Both the position numbers and the translations under genes were made by a program. Below are positions 60,040-64,000 of a DNA stretch of 64,000 nucleotides, one piece after another. The notes below the pieces were generated by a model. It worked only from the letters and a program-made list of their open reading frames with translations, was not told where the DNA came from and searched no databases. Source of the stretch: Nitrospirota bacterium (GTDB lineage Bacteria; Nitrospirota; Thermodesulfovibrionia; Thermodesulfovibrionales; JdFR-86); the NCBI GenBank assembly GCA_963721805.1, contig CAVRJY010000001.1, forward strand, positions 499,882 to 563,881, read 5' to 3'. The first letter of the stretch is position 1. Each line of letters starts with the position of its first letter.

Positions 60040-61014
60040 TCAGGCAGTCGCCCGGGACGCTCCGTAAAGAAAAGAGTTGACGCTGAAGAGTATGACCTCC
60101 GGTTTTACCGGTTTTCTTAGGTAGTCCACTGCCCCGAGGTTCCGGGCCCTGACGACGTCCTCGTCCGCGGTGCGTGAGGTTAGGATGATAAACGGCAGGT
60201 CCATCTTACGCTGGCTGATGACTTCCATCAGCTTGAAGCCGTCCATGTTCGGCATGTTTATATCGGAGATTACGAGGTCGAACGGGTATTGGGTGTTAAA
60301 TAGCACGTTGGCTGCCTCGATGCCGTCGGTGGCGATGTCGACATGATGGCCAGCGGCCGAGAGGATATCAAACAGGAACGTGCGCGTGAATAGGCTGTCC
60401 TCGACTATCAGTATATGGCCCTTGCGTGCGGCAGGCGTCTCGGCCGTGCCTTCGGGACGGAGGGCCATGCTATCGACGGCCTCGGGCTCAGGTTTTAGTT
60501 CCTCGGGTTTCACCCCAAGGTCCATGAGCGATTGAGCGAGTCCCGCAGGGACTGCGATTCCGCGCGATGCGATGAACTGCTCAAGTTCCCTGTAGTGCTC
60601 CACGTACTTTCCGCCGAGGTTCCCCATCATGGCCGAGAGGTCTCCACTGACCTGTGCGATCGCGGTGACGTAATAGACCGCTGCGGGGTTGCGGTCGATC
60701 TCGAGACAGGCCCCGAATGCCTCCCCAAGCGAGATGCCCGGCATCTTTGCGGAAGCCACGAGACCAAGCACGGTGTCGATATTGCCAAGGGTGACGGTTA
60801 CGTTGTCGAAGTTGAGGCGCGAGTTTCTGACCAGGCGCTTCTGGAACCTGACGACGTCGCGGTGCGCGATCTCGTCCATGTTCATGCGGTAGAAAAACGA
60901 GGCGGCCTCAGGGTCGGCTTTGAAATTCTCTCTGAGCACGTCATACATCCCGGCGATGCGGGATTCCATATCCTCGATGCGGTCAAGGAGTTTATTTAGC
61001 TCGATTTCAGTCAA
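60040..61014 (-). CDS. Response regulator with C-terminal receiver and uncharacterised helical N-terminal domain
   Basis: 324-aa ORF; C-terminal ILIVEDS...DLVISDINMPNMDG...LRKP receiver. Confidence 0.8.
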   Translation of the reverse strand: MTEIELNKLLDRIEDMESRIAGMYDVLRENFKADPEAASFFYRMNMDEIAHRDVVRFQKRLVRNSRLNFDNVTVTLGNIDTVLGLVASAKMPGISLGEAFGACLEIDRNPAAVYYVTAIAQVSGDLSAMMGNLGGKYVEHYRELEQFIASRGIAVPAGLAQSLMDLGVKPEELKPEPEAVDSMALRPEGTAETPAARKGHILIVEDSLFTRTFLFDILSAAGHHVDIATDGIEAANVLFNTQYPFDLVISDINMPNMDGFKLMEVISQRKMDLPFIILTSRTADEDVVRARNLGAVDYLRKPVKPEVILFSVNSFLYGASRATA

Positions 61015-61363
61015 CGCGTCCCCCGATCAATGCGCCCACCCGTGAGCACAAGGTCAACGAAAAAGCACTTTATTAAACCCATTGTACGCCAATTATATTA
61101 AGCGGCAGGCAGGTTTTTTGTCAACGGCGCGAGTGAGGCTTGGCTGGGAGAGCTTGATAATAGGCGGAAGGAGACGAGGCCCAAGGGCTCCGTCATGAGA
61201 CGAGAGCCGTTGAGCCGCTTGGGGTGTTTTTTGTAACCGTCAGCACTATGTTCCTGCCGATGCTTTTCGCCGTGTCCCGCCGGGCACCGCGTGGACCATG
61301 TGCCGACGTTGGCGCAGTACGCGTCGAGAGATTGCATGACTCAGGCTTCTGCGATTTCATTGC

Positions 61364-64000
61364 CTACGGCTGCGTGTTGTTGCTCATCCCGCTTGCAGAG
61401 GCCGTTTTCTGCTTAACCGTTGAGGTCTTCACCCCCTCGGTGTTGCCGGCCTTGTCCTTTGACTGATACCGGACGTACTGCGTACACGTGCTCCCCGAGG
61501 CGCAATTTACCTTAAACGCAGTAGAGTAGCTCGTTGCCGGTGTGCAGGCATTTGCCTTATCCACGCAGTATTTGGGGAATCCTGTAGCGATCCCTGAGCC
61601 CGAACCGTCTGTCGCTGTGAGCGTCACGCTTATTGAGTTAGATGAGCTCAACGCGCCGAACGTATAGCCGGCCGCCGAGGCCGTCGTGACCGGTTTTGCA
61701 CCCACGTCCTGCTTTACCGTGGCGCTCTTTACAGTAGTGGTGTTGCCGAGCTTGTCCTTTGTCTGATACCGGATGTACTGGGTGCAGGCAGTCCCTGCGG
61801 CGCAATTGACCTTAAACGCCGTGGAGTAGCTCGCGCCCGGAGTGCAGGTGTTGGCCTTATCCACGCAGTACTTCGGGAATCCTGCCGCGATGCCCGAGCC
61901 CGCGCCATCTGAAGATATAAGCGTCACGCTTATCGAGCTTGATATGCTCCATGTGCCGAACGTGTAGCCCGCTGCGGTTGGCGTTGTACCGGGGGCCTGA
62001 AGGTCTTGCTTCACCACAGAGCTCCTTACGGCCTCGACGTTGCCCGCGTTATCTCGCGACTGATAGCGGACGTATTGCATGCACGCGCTGTAGGCGGCGC
62101 AGGTTGCCTTGATCGCCCCGGCGACATAGCTAGTGGCAGGTGCGCAGGTGTTCGTCTTATCCACGCAGTATTTGGGATACCCTGTAGCAATCCCCGAACC
62201 GTCTGCTGCCGAGAGCGTCACGCTTATCGAATTAGACATGCTCCAAGTGCCGAACGTATAGCCGGCCGCCGAGGCCGCCGTGACAGGTTTCGCGCCCACG
62301 TCCTGCCTGACCGCAGCGCTCTTTACTGCCTCGGAGTTGCCGGCCTTGTCCTTTGACTGATAGCGGAAGTACTGAGTGCATGTGGTCCCTGCGGCGCAAT
62401 TTACCTTAACCGCAGCCGTATAGCTAGTGGCAGGCGTGCATGTGTTGGCCGCATCCACGCAGTACTTCGGATATCCCGCCGCAAGCCCCGAGCCCGCCCC
62501 GTCGGCTGCCGAGAGCGTCACGTTAATGGAATTGGAAATGCTCCATGCGCCAAAAGTATAGCCCGAGGCGGCTGCGATACTCACAGGCGCTTGAACGTCC
62601 TGTTTTACGACGACGCCCTTCAGCCCCTCGGCGTTGCCGGCCTTGTCCTTTGACTGATAGCGGACGTACTGGGTGCAATTAGTTCCGGCAGCGCAATTTA
62701 CCTTTATCGCAGTCGTATAGCTAATGGCAGTCGCGCACGTGTTGGCCGCATCCACGCAGTACTTCGGATATCCCGCCGCAAGCCCCGAGCCGCCCGCGCC
62801 ATCCGTAGCCGAGAGCGCCACGCTGATCGAATTGGACATGCTCCATGCGCCAAACGTATAACCCGTGGCGGACGGCGCGCTTACAGGGGCTTGAAGGTCC
62901 TGCTTTACGATGGCGTTCTTAATTGCCTCGGTATTGCCGATTGTATCTTTTGACTGATAGCGGACGTACTGAGTGCATGTGGTCCCTGCGGCGCAATTCA
63001 CCTTAATGGCCGCGGTATAGCTCGTGCTGGGAGAGCATGTATTAGTTAAGTCCATGCAGTACTTGGGATATCCCGCCGCGATCCCAGGACCTGCCCCGTC
63101 GGCTGCCGAGAGCGTCACGTTAATGGAATTGGAAATGCTCCATGTGCCAAATGTATAGCCTGCTGTTGAGGCCGTGGTCACTGGCGGGGCGTTCGTCGCG
63201 AATGCGGCGCTGACAGTCTTTGCGCCGCTGATCAGTATCGGGCATGTGCTTCCAACGGGGCTGCTGCAGCCCGTCCACCCGGTAAATACGAATCCTGCGC
63301 CGGGTGTAGCGGTGAGTGTCACGGTCGAGCCGGAGGCGTAAAATGCCGTACCGGTCGAGCCCGACCACTCGATCGCGCCTTTATCCGGAGAGACGCTGCC
63401 AGAGCCAGTGATGTCTACGGTAAGGTCATGATGCTCGTACAGTTCCGCGCTCGATAGAGAGTCAATCGCTGCGGTGCCGCCCGCAACGAGGACCCTGCCG
63501 TCATTAAGTAGCGTGGAGGTCTGGAAGGACCGGGCGTCCTGCATCGGGCCTGCGAACTGCCACCCTTTAGATGACGGGTCATAGAGTTCGGCGCTTCTGT
63601 ATGAGTCATAGCCGTTGCCCCCGCCCGAGACCAGTACCTTCCCCTGAACAAGCGTGGCGCCCTGGCCGTACCGGCCGGTGTACATCGTCTCCGCCTGGCT
63701 CCATGAGTTTTCGGCTGGGTCATATATCTCCGCAGTGGCGAGCGCATCGCTCTGGTTAAAGCCTCCGGCGACCAGAACCTTGCCGTCCGGCAGTAATGCG
63801 GCGGTGGCTACGTAACGCGCGTCCGTCATCGTCCCGGCAGCGCTCCATGAGTTGTCTGCCGGATCGAATATCTCGGCGCTTGCAAGCGGGCCTTCCCAGC
63901 CGTAGCCGCCCGCGATCAGCACTCTGCCATCGGGGAGCGTGGCGACAGCGGGCTTGTAACGATAGTCCAGCATGGGGTCGATAGTGCTCCAGGTATTGTC
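61364..64000 (-). CDS. Large secreted protein (5' end beyond the window): Kelch repeats, one GW-type bacterial repeat, six tandem ~98-aa four-Cys Ig-like repeats
   Basis: ORF 61364..63973 stays open to the window edge (upstream codons read ...DNTWSTIDP). Kelch units (PDGRVLIAGG...AEIYDP..N.W); FVFTGWTGC; six repeats of AGYTFG.WS.SNSI.VTLSA.DG.GSG.A.G.PKYCVD..NTC.P..SY..A.KVNCAAGT.CTQY.RYQSKDKAGN.E. Confidence 0.8.
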   Translation of the reverse strand, partial: DNTWSTIDPMLDYRYKPAVATLPDGRVLIAGGYGWEGPLASAEIFDPADNSWSAAGTMTDARYVATAALLPDGKVLVAGGFNQSDALATAEIYDPAENSWSQAETMYTGRYGQGATLVQGKVLVSGGGNGYDSYRSAELYDPSSKGWQFAGPMQDARSFQTSTLLNDGRVLVAGGTAAIDSLSSAELYEHHDLTVDITGSGSVSPDKGAIEWSGSTGTAFYASGSTVTLTATPGAGFVFTGWTGCSSPVGSTCPILISGAKTVSAAFATNAPPVTTASTAGYTFGTWSISNSINVTLSAADGAGPGIAAGYPKYCMDLTNTCSPSTSYTAAIKVNCAAGTTCTQYVRYQSKDTIGNTEAIKNAIVKQDLQAPVSAPSATGYTFGAWSMSNSISVALSATDGAGGSGLAAGYPKYCVDAANTCATAISYTTAIKVNCAAGTNCTQYVRYQSKDKAGNAEGLKGVVVKQDVQAPVSIAAASGYTFGAWSISNSINVTLSAADGAGSGLAAGYPKYCVDAANTCTPATSYTAAVKVNCAAGTTCTQYFRYQSKDKAGNSEAVKSAAVRQDVGAKPVTAASAAGYTFGTWSMSNSISVTLSAADGSGIATGYPKYCVDKTNTCAPATSYVAGAIKATCAAYSACMQYVRYQSRDNAGNVEAVRSSVVKQDLQAPGTTPTAAGYTFGTWSISSSISVTLISSDGAGSGIAAGFPKYCVDKANTCTPGASYSTAFKVNCAAGTACTQYIRYQTKDKLGNTTTVKSATVKQDVGAKPVTTASAAGYTFGALSSSNSISVTLTATDGSGSGIATGFPKYCVDKANACTPATSYSTAFKVNCASGSTCTQYVRYQSKDKAGNTEGVKTSTVKQKTASASGMSNNTQP
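61400..63190 (-). repeat. Six tandem coding repeats of about 290-300 bp
   Basis: Periodic recurrence of GGATATCCCGCCGCAAGCCCCGAGCC / CCACGCAGTACTT-type strings and of the protein repeat listed above. Confidence 0.8.

Noticed and set aside
61400-63190. Regular ~295-bp periodic repeats as a CRISPR array or satellite
   Set aside because: The period is far too long for CRISPR and there are no short direct repeats with unique spacers. The repeats lie in one long open reading frame encoding six homologous protein modules.

Overview
High-G+C (about two-thirds by eye, not computed), densely coding chromosomal window from a diderm, LPS-making bacterium. Core content: a KDO/LPS-precursor cluster (kdsB-pyrG-kdsA-kdsD-kdsC), pgsA/plsY, an OmpR/histidine-kinase pair, nadD-rsfS-rlmH-lapB, a roughly 1400-aa activase/dehydratase-type fusion, larC, mscS, msrA, mazG, mutS2, an F1Fo ATP synthase operon (b', b, delta, alpha, gamma, beta, epsilon), an ABC-2/HlyD exporter, and a Kelch plus six-repeat secreted protein that runs off the right edge. 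I recognised no rRNA, tRNA, CRISPR array, transposase or integrase by eye. Main observations: (1) An AT-rich, translationally coupled three-gene orphan operon (11.3-12.8 kb) is bracketed by inverted copies of a structured ~170-bp repeat. A third copy, differing at 4 of 133 core positions, sits next to a lower-GC HNH endonuclease gene at the left edge. This looks like a passenger-carrying, non-autonomous element family of unknown function and is my best candidate for something undescribed. (2) msrA has an in-frame TGA exactly at the catalytic Cys of the GCFWG motif, followed by a hairpin, so it is probably a selenoprotein. A YedF-like selenium-metabolism domain protein lies 15 kb away. (3) A PIN-like protein matches the HARP (protein-only RNase P) family. 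(4) A tetraheme cytochrome/NrfC/NrfD module, a Crp/Fnr regulator and two tandem paralogous octaheme cytochromes with a heme-free N-terminal domain lie together. (5) A perfect 77-bp tandem duplication copies a promoter and the first 13 codons of a gene. (6) About nine single-base insertions, mostly in G/C runs, plus one in-frame TAG, interrupt essential genes at 1.9-7.8 kb and 43.1-43.3 kb. These are most likely sequence errors. Family assignments rest on motif recognition from memory. No searches were run.
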